Source: a virus
Lineage: Duplodnaviria; Caudoviricetes
IMG/VR virus record: IMGVR_UViG_3300028197_000002
Reading direction: 5' to 3' (one strand)
DNA: 64,000 bases
Part shown: one piece after another, positions 38,780 through 48,068 of the stretch
Position numbering within the stretch: position 1 is the first letter of the stretch
Layout: every line of letters begins with the position of its first letter
Made by a program: the position numbers and the translations under genes
Notes under the pieces: generated by a model
The model's input: only the letters and a program-made list of their open reading frames with translations
The model's database searches: none
What the model was told of the DNA's origin: nothing

Positions 38780-39379
38780 ATGATCGAAACTTCACTGAAA
38801 AAAGCCAAGCAGTTCACCAAACGTCCTAGAGTTGGCGAGTTTTCTACCGATGGTTCCGAATTGGATTGGACATATTGTAGGGAATATTTTTCTCAAAAAT
38901 TTAATGAAAAAAGTACGGGAATATTTTTTTCTTGTAAAGAAAATGATAGAGAAAATATTTCTAATTTAATTTTAAAAACAGAAGATATTTTAAATATATC
39001 TTTAGACATTCCTAAATCTAAATTTTATCACACGAACTTAAATTTTGCTTTTTGGATTGAGCCTTCTTTTTTTTGGAAATGCTGCCCTATTAGAAGATCT
39101 TTCTTTACAGTTTTATTACGCGCAGGATTAGATTATAATGGCTTTAACTACGAGGATTGTTTGTTTAGTGGCAAATTAATTTCCACTAAAAATGCAACAC
39201 AGAGGTTTCTTTTTGGATTTACTGAATTTAAAGATAAAGAAGCCGTTGTAGAAGGTATCGGAAAAGGCTGGATTAGTTATTTTGCTAATAAAAATGTTGA
39301 GTTCGTAAGAGAAAGTTTAAAATCTTCTCGTGTTAATCGAGAATTTTTATTTGGAGAAAAAATTCTATGGACAAATTAA
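38780..39379 (+). CDS. Hypothetical protein
   Basis: 199-aa ORF. Confidence 0.7.
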   Translation: MIETSLKKAKQFTKRPRVGEFSTDGSELDWTYCREYFSQKFNEKSTGIFFSCKENDRENISNLILKTEDILNISLDIPKSKFYHTNLNFAFWIEPSFFWKCCPIRRSFFTVLLRAGLDYNGFNYEDCLFSGKLISTKNATQRFLFGFTEFKDKEAVVEGIGKGWISYFANKNVEFVRESLKSSRVNREFLFGEKILWTN

Positions 39380-39804
39380 AATCTAGATGGATGAAAAGAA
39401 AAGATTTAGATGTCTTTTCCGCTAAAGAGCATAAGCATATTTTACATTTAATTGGAACAAAAAGAAATATAGCTGCTGTTGTAGAAAATGATGAAGAAAT
39501 TTTAGGATGTATAGTTTATAGGGTTTTAGATGAGATTATTTTGATATTAAAAATTTCTTTTTTAGATGAAGACCACATGGAGTTTATGTTAAAAGAAATT
39601 AAAGGAAAATTTAAAAAGTCAGTTTCAATTTGCGTTTCGGAATATGACACAAAGTTGCATTTGGCTCTAAAAGATTCAAACTTTAGGGCAAATAAAATCA
39701 TTAAAAATAAAGATAGAAATTGCGACTTTTATGTTTTCGATTGGCATCCAACATTTAATGAAGTTGGGATCAGGTCTGCAAAGGAGCTTTTATCCAATGA
39801 GTAA
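39367..39804 (+). CDS. RimI-like GNAT-fold protein, degenerate
   Basis: RWMKRKD, VVENDEEILGCIVY, ICVSE...L..SNFRA; the acetyl-CoA R/QxxGxG loop is missing. Confidence 0.55.
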   Translation: MDKLKSRWMKRKDLDVFSAKEHKHILHLIGTKRNIAAVVENDEEILGCIVYRVLDEIILILKISFLDEDHMEFMLKEIKGKFKKSVSICVSEYDTKLHLALKDSNFRANKIIKNKDRNCDFYVFDWHPTFNEVGIRSAKELLSNE

Positions 39805-40831
39805 GAGACTTTTAATAACTGGCGCTGGTGGTTTTATAGGCGCTCATTGTGTTCAGTATTTTTTAGAGAATACTAATTGGGAAATAATTGGGATTGATTC
39901 TTTTCGCCACAAAGGAGACTTGGGTCGTCTTGAAAATATAGATTTTGATAATAGGTTTAAAATTTACTATCATGATTTAACGCTGCCTATACAAGATCAA
40001 TTGTACAATAGGATTACTGAAGCAAAGATTGATGATAGGGGCAATGTAATAAGAAAAAAAGTAAATTACATTGTAAACATGGCGTCAGACTCAGCGGTTG
40101 AAAGATCAACACAAGAGCCAACTTATGTTTTAAGAAATAACTATGATCTTGCTATAAACATGTTGGAGTTTGCAAGAAGAGTTCAGCCGGATAATTTCTT
40201 GCAAATATCTACTGACGAGGTTTACGGAGAGGCCTGTTCTGAATTTGGTCATCATGAATGGGATGTGATATTACCATCAAACCCATATGCTGCTAGTAAA
40301 GCGGCTCAAGAGGCAGTAGCTATTTCTTATTGGAGAACATTTAATATTCCGGTAGTTATTTCTAATACGATGAACATCATTGGAGAATGGCAAGATCCAG
40401 AAAAGTTTTTGCCTAAGATAATTCAGAAGATTTATCTTGGAGAGGAAATGCCAATATATGCTGACTCTGATGATGAAATAGGATCTAGAGTTTATATTGA
40501 TGTTAAGAACAAGGCAGATGCTTTATTACATTTGTTAAAGAAGCCAGTTTCTTTATATGCAGAAGGTTCTAAAAGACCTGACCGATGGAATATTTGCGGC
40601 TATGACGAGTTGAATAATTTAGAGCTTGCTCAGATGGTTGCAAAAATAATGAACAAAGATCTTAAGTATAAGTTGATTTCTAGTGAATCAGCAAGACCGG
40701 GATACGACAGAAGATATTTGCTTGATGGATCTAAACTTAAACAAAGTGGCTGGAAGCCACCGTTTACTTTTTCGCAGACTTTGGAAAGGATTGTTAAATA
40801 CACAATGTCTAATTCGCATTGGGTATTATAG
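39797..40831 (+). CDS. rfbB: dTDP-glucose 4,6-dehydratase-like NAD-dependent SDR
   Basis: ITGAGGFIG, ISTDEVYG, PSNPYAASKA, RPGYDRRY. Confidence 0.88.
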   Translation: MSKRLLITGAGGFIGAHCVQYFLENTNWEIIGIDSFRHKGDLGRLENIDFDNRFKIYYHDLTLPIQDQLYNRITEAKIDDRGNVIRKKVNYIVNMASDSAVERSTQEPTYVLRNNYDLAINMLEFARRVQPDNFLQISTDEVYGEACSEFGHHEWDVILPSNPYAASKAAQEAVAISYWRTFNIPVVISNTMNIIGEWQDPEKFLPKIIQKIYLGEEMPIYADSDDEIGSRVYIDVKNKADALLHLLKKPVSLYAEGSKRPDRWNICGYDELNNLELAQMVAKIMNKDLKYKLISSESARPGYDRRYLLDGSKLKQSGWKPPFTFSQTLERIVKYTMSNSHWVL

Positions 40832-40833
40832 GT

Positions 40834-41505
40834 ATGATTTGGTTCACAGCAGATACTCATTTTTTTCACAAAAAAATTCCTCTTTATACGAAAAGAAAAT
40901 TTTGTTTAAATAGAGAAGAAAAGAAGCAATTAGATTCTATATGGTCTAGAGGCGGACCTACTTGTTCTCAGTGGGGCAATTGGTGCCCTAGTTGGGAATC
41001 TATAAATAAAATGAATGATGCTTTAATTAACAATATTAACAATTGTGTTAAAGCAGATGATGTTTTGTGGCATCTTGGAGATTTTTGTTATGCTCCTAAA
41101 AATAAAGTTGATGATTTTTCTAAATCTATCTTTGATAGAATAAATTGCAAAAACATTTATCTTTTAAAAGGCAATCATGATTTTGAAATTATTTTTAAAT
41201 ATTTTAAAGATTGTTTTGAGAGAAAAGAAATTAGGAATAATAGAAGATTACTAATTCTAAGTCACTATGCCCAGTTGATCTGGAACAAATCGCATGAAGG
41301 CTCATGGATGCTTTATGGGCATTCACACGCAACCGCAGAAAAGTTTTTAGATGAAATGATGCCAGATCGTCTTTCTTTGGATGTTGGAGTTGATAATGTA
41401 AATCGTCTTTTAGGCGAATACAGACCAATCTCTTTTGATGAAATTGATAAAATATTTAAACATAAGGGCGGAAATAGTATTGACACTAGCTTGAACTTGC
41501 TCTGA
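40834..41505 (+). CDS. Calcineurin-like metallophosphoesterase
   Basis: FTADTHFFH, LGDF, GNHD, SHY, GHSH, DVGVD. Confidence 0.92.
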   Translation: MIWFTADTHFFHKKIPLYTKRKFCLNREEKKQLDSIWSRGGPTCSQWGNWCPSWESINKMNDALINNINNCVKADDVLWHLGDFCYAPKNKVDDFSKSIFDRINCKNIYLLKGNHDFEIIFKYFKDCFERKEIRNNRRLLILSHYAQLIWNKSHEGSWMLYGHSHATAEKFLDEMMPDRLSLDVGVDNVNRLLGEYRPISFDEIDKIFKHKGGNSIDTSLNLL

Positions 41506-41638
41506 AAATGCGTTTTAAGAGCTTTATTTGCACTTCGATGCGCATGTCGAAATATTCTTTTTAGAAGCTCAAAAGTCATCTGAAGAGCTTTTTTATCATA
41601 ATTTTTTGGATTTGCTTTACTTTAGCTGTCTTAATTAC

Positions 41639-41667
41639 TTTACATTAAATTTTCTTTTAGATATAAT
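41639..41667 (+). promoter_or_regulatory. sigma70 promoter
   Basis: TTTACA-17 bp-TATAAT upstream of the sigma factor gene. Confidence 0.75.
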
Positions 41668-41718
41668 TATCATATGTTAAAAGAGGATGTTTAGGTTGTT
41701 TCAAAAGGTTGTGAAAAA

Positions 41719-42231
41719 TTGGATTCTGCAATATTCGAAAATAATGTTGGTTTGCTTAGATCAATTGTCGTAAAATATATTGACAGTAATCAAAGGATTG
41801 AGGACTCAGAAGCATATTCCGATGGTTGTCTCGCTTTAATAAAGGCGCATAGAACATACGATGCCAATAAAGGTGCGTTTTCTACATGGGCCACTAGAAT
41901 AATCAAGCAGGCAATTATTGGATCATATAGAAAAAATAAAAAAAATAATTTTGAATTAAATGATGATATTGATACGATTCAAGAAGAGAATTGCTTGAAT
42001 GTTTCTGAGAAGGCAATGTCTATTCTTCTTAAAGAAGATGATGACGATAGTGATTTAGATAAGGAAAATAAAAAAATATTAATTGATCATTACATCAATA
42101 AGATTTCATGGGCAGAGATTGGACGCAGAATGAACTACTCAAAAGAAAGAGTAAGGCAAAAGGGGCAAGATGCTATTCGAAGAATAAGAATTAAATATAA
42201 ATTAATTCTAGATGAAATTGAAAATTTTTAA
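41719..42231 (+). CDS. RNA polymerase sigma factor (sigma70 family, regions 2 and 4)
   Basis: DGCLALIKAHRTYD.NKGAFSTWATRIIKQAI and HTH SWAEIGRRMNYSKERVRQ. Confidence 0.88.
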   Translation: MDSAIFENNVGLLRSIVVKYIDSNQRIEDSEAYSDGCLALIKAHRTYDANKGAFSTWATRIIKQAIIGSYRKNKKNNFELNDDIDTIQEENCLNVSEKAMSILLKEDDDDSDLDKENKKILIDHYINKISWAEIGRRMNYSKERVRQKGQDAIRRIRIKYKLILDEIENF

Positions 42232-42291
42232 TTTACTTGAAAATTTATTTAGATATAATTGGATAGTCCAAAAAACAAGGAATAGGAAATT

Positions 42292-43179
42292 ATGAAATAT
42301 TTTGCTTTTTTAATTTTGTTGTTGATTTGCTTGCCTCAATCTTTCGCTCAAGTAAGAGAAGAAAGAGACAGCGTTTTTGAAGATAACAAAGAAACTTCGC
42401 AACAACCGGATGAGCAAGCGACAGCATTCGACGATTCCGATTCAAAAAGTCCTTCAGATAAAATAGTTGAAGAGATTACGGAAGAGATTTCTTGGTCTGT
42501 TAAGAAATGCGATATAAAAAATTATTTAAATTGTCTTTCTAAAGAAAAGAGAGAAAAAGATAAGATTAAAATTGCCAAGCGTTTTATGATGCAAAATGCC
42601 CAGTCTAATTTAGATGTTTTGAACACTTTTGTTTTAAGTGAAAGTGATGATCAAATAGATTTCATGGCAAAGTATTGTGTTGATGGCAATGCTATTATTC
42701 TTTCTGAAGTGACGCTTGTAAAGGAAGAAGGAAGATTTGTTATTTCTAAAGAAAAGATATTAGAAAGTACATCAAACAATCCGTTGGCTTCGTTGGGAAT
42801 ACCAGAAAGAAATGCACATCTCAAAGGTCTTGATCCAAATGATCCAAATGTTGTCATTAAGCCATGTCATATGGGTGCGGATTGCAAACATGCAAATATA
42901 GCAGGCCATAGACTCGCTGCGCAAGAACAGCAGCCTGCGAAGCCTTTTGAGCCTATGAAAGATTTGAATCCAGTTCTTGATCCTCCGTTTAATCAAAATG
43001 TAAATTTAAATGGAAACCGTTTTGTTGATCAAAATGGAGGAATTAGAGAAGTGAACAAAGATAACGGATGGGTTTCTGTTCCAAAAAACGGCCCGCAGTA
43101 TGTAGATCTTAAGCAACTAGGAAAGTTTTTCCCAGATAGATATACTGGATGCAAAGATGGCAATTGTTTCAGAAACTAA
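42292..43179 (+). CDS. Secreted hypothetical protein
   Basis: Signal peptide MKYFAFLILLLICLPQSFA-Q. Confidence 0.75.
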   Translation: MKYFAFLILLLICLPQSFAQVREERDSVFEDNKETSQQPDEQATAFDDSDSKSPSDKIVEEITEEISWSVKKCDIKNYLNCLSKEKREKDKIKIAKRFMMQNAQSNLDVLNTFVLSESDDQIDFMAKYCVDGNAIILSEVTLVKEEGRFVISKEKILESTSNNPLASLGIPERNAHLKGLDPNDPNVVIKPCHMGADCKHANIAGHRLAAQEQQPAKPFEPMKDLNPVLDPPFNQNVNLNGNRFVDQNGGIREVNKDNGWVSVPKNGPQYVDLKQLGKFFPDRYTGCKDGNCFRN

Positions 43180-43198
43180 TCATTGAGGGAGGTTTAAA

Positions 43199-43747
43199 AT
43201 GGGCGTGGATGTTAGCTCTCAAAGTGGAGTTATTGCTTCTACTAGTGAAATTATAAAGCTAGTAAATGGGAAAAACAAAAAAAAGATACTTGAACTTTGT
43301 CAAGATTTCTATGATGAAGTTTATTCTGATCATATAAATTATAAAGAATGTTCTTGGAGAAAAGAAGTTGTAGAATATTTTTCTTCTCTAAATAATATTC
43401 AAGCAAAGACTGTCGGAGATTTGAAAGATATCTTAGGGTCTCTTGTTAAAGTGAGTGGAGAACCTGCCAAATACGATCTTGATACTCATGTTGAGTATGG
43501 AGAAGAAGTGTGTCTTTTGTGGCAGAAAATTATAGAAGAGGGATTGGATGTCGAATTACCTCATCTCGAAGAAGTCACGGCCTTTGGTAGTTGCAGGTAC
43601 AATGGTTATGATGTTCCTTTAGGCGAGGCGTGTTTTGTTTTTAGCGAATCGTGCTGTTTTGAAAAAAGTCTTTCGGACATAGGAAAGAATTTAAAAAAAG
43701 CAATAGGTCATGTGGATGTCACAGAGTGGACTCACTATAGTTGTTGA
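43199..43747 (+). CDS. Hypothetical protein
   Basis: GGAGG RBS; 182 aa. Confidence 0.8.
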   Translation: MGVDVSSQSGVIASTSEIIKLVNGKNKKKILELCQDFYDEVYSDHINYKECSWRKEVVEYFSSLNNIQAKTVGDLKDILGSLVKVSGEPAKYDLDTHVEYGEEVCLLWQKIIEEGLDVELPHLEEVTAFGSCRYNGYDVPLGEACFVFSESCCFEKSLSDIGKNLKKAIGHVDVTEWTHYSC

Positions 43748-44658
43748 TCAATTCTTTTGAGTTGATTTTCAGAAAGAGTCCAACTTGGACTTATTTGGTT
43801 TCCTACCCAAGGTAATTTATCTTGGGCTATCCATCCAATTTTATCTGGTAGTATCTTTTCATCGTTTCCGTAAATATCTCTTGCCATAAGCAAAATGTTT
43901 TTTGTCGGAAGCATCGAGAAGAGTCTTGCTGATCCTCCTAAAGCAATTATTTTCCAATCCAGATACTCAGATCCGAGTATTTGGATTCCCATGTAGTGAT
44001 GTTTTGTTTGTTTGAGTAGTTTCTTTTGAAACTCATAGTCGATTCCAATCAGGTTATTTAAAACATTTTGTTCCTTTAGTTTTTGTTTTATTTTTTTAAA
44101 CGTTCCTTTTATTTCACATAAAATTATATTTTTTGGCAATTCATTTTTAATTTTCAAAAATAAATCGTAAGTTGATTGTCTTATGTAGGTCTTTTTATTT
44201 GTGATAAATTCATTTAATTCATCTAGACTTACATCTTTGTAAATTAATTTTGTAAGTCCTGTTTTATCGTAGCAATCTCTTTCTAAAGGATCGAAGGCTT
44301 TTTGATAAAATCTTGTATTTAAATTTCGAAATTCATTTAAAAAAGAATTTTTTCCTAATATTGTTATGCATTTCCCTTTTAGGTCATATGCATTTTGCAT
44401 ATGTTTTTTGCTTTCTGCTATGATTAATTCGTCTGCGTATTGAGAATTAACTGGAAGATAATTCATTTGAGATAAAACTCTCAAACAAATATTGTTTTTG
44501 TCGCAAAAAATTTTCATATTAAATAAGTCAATGTCATTGTAGTGTTCGTAAACAAAAGGATTTATTGTTATGACTTGATTTGTCTTTTTTTGATTTATTA
44601 TTAGCTTTGAAAACTTTTTGTTTTTTTTAATACATTTGTCATCTATTATTTTAATCAT
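43735..44658 (-). CDS. Hypothetical protein
   Basis: 307-aa ORF with no recognised motif. Confidence 0.75.
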   Translation of the reverse strand: MIKIIDDKCIKKNKKFSKLIINQKKTNQVITINPFVYEHYNDIDLFNMKIFCDKNNICLRVLSQMNYLPVNSQYADELIIAESKKHMQNAYDLKGKCITILGKNSFLNEFRNLNTRFYQKAFDPLERDCYDKTGLTKLIYKDVSLDELNEFITNKKTYIRQSTYDLFLKIKNELPKNIILCEIKGTFKKIKQKLKEQNVLNNLIGIDYEFQKKLLKQTKHHYMGIQILGSEYLDWKIIALGGSARLFSMLPTKNILLMARDIYGNDEKILPDKIGWIAQDKLPWVGNQISPSWTLSENQLKRIDQQL

Positions 44659-44779
44659 TATTTAAATAATACTTTTTTTTAAAAGCAAGATTGTTATCTC
44701 ATTGCCCCTTTACAAGTGCTCGTCTTGTACTAAGATAGTTTTGAAATTTAAATTGCTCAAAGCTTTGTGGAGAGATTTT

Positions 44780-45208
44780 ATGAGTGGCGATAATTCTGGC
44801 GACAGATTCTTGATGATTTCTATGAAAACTACTGTTTTTACTTTGATTTTTTTTCTCATTGTATTTGTATCTGTTTTTGTTAATTTTTATTCTAATCAAA
44901 ATGAAAGTTTCGAATCCAAGACAGAAGATGTTGATGTATTTTTAGTCGAACAAAATGAACAACTTTATTACGATGATGATCCTGACGATTATGCTGTTGG
45001 CTTTCAAGCTGGAAAGTTCGCCTTATATTCTCAATTAAATATAGAATACCAACCTGAAGAAGCAGAAGTCTTTGCCTACTCTTCTTTTGTTGAAGAAAAT
45101 AACGACCCAAAGTATTTTGAAAACATAGAATACGATAAGGGTTATGTCGATGGTTATCATCGAGCCACGGAGCAAATTTATTGTCCCGCTTCTGTAGGAC
45201 ATAAGTGA
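44780..45208 (+). CDS. Membrane-anchored acidic protein
   Basis: GGAG RBS before 44780; one TM; GFQAG/GYVDGYH motifs. Confidence 0.7.
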   Translation: MSGDNSGDRFLMISMKTTVFTLIFFLIVFVSVFVNFYSNQNESFESKTEDVDVFLVEQNEQLYYDDDPDDYAVGFQAGKFALYSQLNIEYQPEEAEVFAYSSFVEENNDPKYFENIEYDKGYVDGYHRATEQIYCPASVGHK

Positions 45209-45534
45209 TATGCCAGTTTTTTGCGAACAATATCATAAAGAAGATTTTAATAATCTTTATCACAAGTTTGTTGGAACCAACATTGTTTTAATGCTTCCCA
45301 AACTTCTTATGTTTATTCCCGTCCTGCTTTTTATCAGTCTCTTGTGTTTCGCTATGTCTGCTCCTCCATCGACTAGACCAGTCTCAACACAAGTCATGGC
45401 AGGAATTTCTTTAAAGGAAGTAGCAAGACTCGAAATGGTTTTTACTCACGATTGATCGTTTTTCGTTCTCAAATGAAAAATGGAAAACTCTATTGGAAGT
45501 TATGAGTCCGCAGTGATATATAAACATAGGAGTT

Positions 45535-45849
45535 TTGGAGTCTCTTATGTTTTTGAGTAATAAAAATTTAAATTTCTTTCCTTTGATAATGAGTACTCTC
45601 ATTATAGCTACTTTGTTTACTTTTAGATCCATAGAGAATAAAAGAAAATTTATTCAGAATAGCAAAACAACATTAATTGTTTTGGAGAGAGGTTTAGAAA
45701 ACACTAGGGATGTGGAGAAAGATTTAGAAAGATTAACCTACCAAAATGTTGAAATTGAATCTTTTGGGGGTGTTACTTATGTTAAAATAAAATGCCCTCC
45801 TGATAAAACTCCTTTTTTCAAAAAATTAATACGAGACTTAACGGAGTAA
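45535..45849 (+). CDS. Membrane-anchored hypothetical protein
   Basis: AGGAG upstream; N-terminal TM. Confidence 0.6.
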   Translation: MESLMFLSNKNLNFFPLIMSTLIIATLFTFRSIENKRKFIQNSKTTLIVLERGLENTRDVEKDLERLTYQNVEIESFGGVTYVKIKCPPDKTPFFKKLIRDLTE

Positions 45850-45851
45850 AA

Positions 45852-46271
45852 ATGGCCATATCAAAAGGAACAGTAAGAGTTGTAAATGGAACATACCAGC
45901 CGATCAGAAGTTCTGAGATGGAAAGAAGAGTTAGAAGAGGCAATGTCAGAATGGACTCGATAAAAGGAGCAATTCCGCCTCCTTTTGAGTATCGTCAAAC
46001 TGATGATGGCAAAAACACTTTTGAGATGAATATAAGATGTGTATCGAAGGTCCACTTGTTAAAAAGTGGAATAGCGGTTGAAACTGATAATTATGTAAGG
46101 AATGAAAAAACTATTCGAAGTCTTGGAGAAAAAAACATAACTCAACAAATTAAATTAAACGCTTGTCAGTATTCTGGATACGAGGAAGCTTCTAAACTTA
46201 GAAAAAGAATTATTCAAACTCAAAAGTTAAAGAACTTAAATGATCAAGAATTTATTTTTGATATTGAATAA
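45852..46271 (+). CDS. Hypothetical protein
   Basis: GGAG RBS; 139 aa. Confidence 0.75.
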   Translation: MAISKGTVRVVNGTYQPIRSSEMERRVRRGNVRMDSIKGAIPPPFEYRQTDDGKNTFEMNIRCVSKVHLLKSGIAVETDNYVRNEKTIRSLGEKNITQQIKLNACQYSGYEEASKLRKRIIQTQKLKNLNDQEFIFDIE

Positions 46272-46434
46272 TTTTTTGGATAATTAATACTTAAATGTTT
46301 AATTTTTCTGTTTGAAATTTATTTATTTTATTTCTGTTTTTGGATAGCGATGTACATTGTAAAAAATACCGCTTCTTATTGGTCTAATTGGAAAAATTAA
46401 TTTAAATTAATTTTTAATATTGATAGATATTATT

Positions 46435-46524
46435 GTGACAAGGATGTTGCAATAAGGGCAAGGATGCCCGCTTTTTTATAGTGCTTTAAAGGCTGTTTAT
46501 TTATAAAATATTACAGTCTTTTTT
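46435..46524 (+). ncRNA. Candidate CsrA/RsmA-binding small RNA (or CsrA-regulated leader)
   Basis: Two hairpins with AGGA loops (GTGACA-AGGA-TGTTGC and GGGCA-AGGA-TGCCC), then a GGCTGT...ACAGTC hairpin and T6 tail. Confidence 0.55.
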
Positions 46525-46544
46525 ATTTGAAACAGGAGGTTGAA

Positions 46545-46769
46545 ATGACAGCATCATCAGTAACAGGCGTGAGCGGTCCAGGAATATCAAATGGCAAATT
46601 TAAGCCTGAGAATAGCTCTTGTAGATATGGTTGCGGTAGCGGCGGAAATTGCATGGAAGAAGAAACTGTTTCTTCAAAAAAGAAAGCTTATTGTTGTTCT
46701 AGTGGAGTTAAAACTTGTTCTTATTTAAAAGTTTTAAGATGTTCTAATTCTAGAATAAAAACTTGTTGA
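46545..46769 (+). CDS. Small Cys-rich protein starting MTASSVTG
   Basis: AGGAGG RBS; eight Cys in 74 aa. Confidence 0.7.
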   Translation: MTASSVTGVSGPGISNGKFKPENSSCRYGCGSGGNCMEEETVSSKKKAYCCSSGVKTCSYLKVLRCSNSRIKTC

Positions 46770-46774
46770 GGCAC

Positions 46775-46803
46775 TTTACATTTCTTGTTTTCTTTCCTAT
46801 AAT
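46775..46803 (+). promoter_or_regulatory. sigma70 promoter
   Basis: TTTACA-17 bp-TATAAT. Confidence 0.75.
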
Positions 46804-46917
46804 TAGGCAGCAACTTTGTTTCTTATTGAAACCCAGTTGGAGAATTTATGATCTAACAAATGTTTCTTTTTGTAAAAAAAATACTTTATTTTTATTTTCT
46901 GATTTGAAAGGGATTTA

Positions 46918-47217
46918 ATGTCGAGTTTTCATGTTGATGCAAGAGTATCTATTAAACTAGAGTATGAGTTGGCTGTTCGTTTAGGCGAGTTTTTACTTCA
47001 GTCAGGCACAGATGACAAGCAGGTTCTTGCTTTGGGCCATAAATTAAATAATTTAGAAGAAGAGGAAGAACAACAACAGCCTGTTCGTTTTTCTAATATT
47101 GTGAATAATTCTTATAAGTACAACAAGGATTGGAATAGCAATGAACATGGCTCTTCTGACGACAACAACGAAGAAAAGCCAAGAAGAATTAACTTAAGAA
47201 GACGAGCTACTGTTTAG
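46918..47217 (+). CDS. Hypothetical protein
   Basis: AAGGGA RBS; 99 aa. Confidence 0.75.
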   Translation: MSSFHVDARVSIKLEYELAVRLGEFLLQSGTDDKQVLALGHKLNNLEEEEEQQQPVRFSNIVNNSYKYNKDWNSNEHGSSDDNNEEKPRRINLRRRATV

Positions 47218-47317
47218 TTTTCAAATAACAAACAACAAGAAAGGTGTGCTGTTGTATGCGGCACTCCATTCTTGTTGTTTTTTTTAATATATTTTTTAAT
47301 TTTCAAAGGAGATTTGA

Positions 47318-47650
47318 ATGAGATTTTTATTAACAGTTGCTTTTTGTGTTTTTCCATTAACAATTTTTGCTCAAGATGAAGTTGTTGAAATTGTAAGTGA
47401 TGAAACTCCAAAGCAAGAAGTTGTAGAGGAAGTTTTGGATGAAAAGCCTATTATTGAGATTTTAGAACCTGTGGATGTAATTCCTCCAAAATGCGAAACA
47501 AATTTCGCAACTTTAAGAAGGGCCACTTGCACTTCAGTGAATTTTGTTGGTAAAGTTGCTTGTACGCCTTTTAAGGTGGTCAGCAAAGTTTTTTGCCATG
47601 CTAGAACAAGAAGAAGTTTTAGTTTTTTTAGACGAAGATGTTGTCGTTAA
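47318..47650 (+). CDS. Secreted small protein
   Basis: AAGGAG RBS; signal MRFLLTVAFCVFPLTIFA-Q; ends RRRCCR. Confidence 0.75.
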   Translation: MRFLLTVAFCVFPLTIFAQDEVVEIVSDETPKQEVVEEVLDEKPIIEILEPVDVIPPKCETNFATLRRATCTSVNFVGKVACTPFKVVSKVFCHARTRRSFSFFRRRCCR

Positions 47651-47687
47651 TTTAAAAAACTAATTTTGCATTCATTTACGATTGCTT

Positions 47688-47720
47688 AAACCCACGTTGT
47701 TTTCTCAACGTGGGTTTTTT
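47688..47720 (+). terminator. Rho-independent terminator
   Basis: AAACCCACGTTG/CAACGTGGGTTT perfect stem plus T run. Confidence 0.9.
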
Positions 47721-47736
47721 ATTTGTAAGTTTAAGA

Positions 47737-47764
47737 TTGTCGTATTTCAATGTTTTTTTATAAT
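47737..47764 (+). promoter_or_regulatory. sigma70 promoter
   Basis: TTGTCG-16 bp-TATAAT, followed by an AGGAGG RBS. Confidence 0.6.
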
Positions 47765-47783
47765 GAGTTTATAGGAGGACTAA

Positions 47784-48068
47784 ATGCAATACAAAAAAAA
47801 TAGGAGTCGATCAAAATTAAATAGGCATAACACTCTTTTAATTAAATTCAATATTACTTCAGATAATTATATAAGCTCTTGGTTTAATGGTTTTAATTTA
47901 GAACATTTTAAATGTTCTAGTTTAATACAGAGATGGGCTGTTGAAGTTCCTTTTTGGAAGGAAGAAGAGTATATTGATAAGTTTTTTGATTCTAGTATAG
48001 TTGAATCAATCATGCAAATGCCTAAGCACCATGTTGGAGTTAGGCAACGGGAGTTTGTAGATGAATAA
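47784..48068 (+). CDS. Hypothetical protein
   Basis: Strong RBS. Confidence 0.7.
   Translation: MQYKKNRSRSKLNRHNTLLIKFNITSDNYISSWFNGFNLEHFKCSSLIQRWAVEVPFWKEEEYIDKFFDSSIVESIMQMPKHHVGVRQREFVDE

Noticed and set aside
45210-45455. 81-aa plus-strand ORF and a competing 45-aa minus-strand ORF
   Set aside because: Neither has a clear RBS or recognisable motif; the coding strand cannot be decided from sequence alone.
46498-46505. Minus-strand TATAAATA that might drive an antisense RNA to the CsrA-like hairpins
   Set aside because: It lies in the AT-rich loop of the terminator-like hairpin, has no downstream ORF or terminator, and is plausible by chance.
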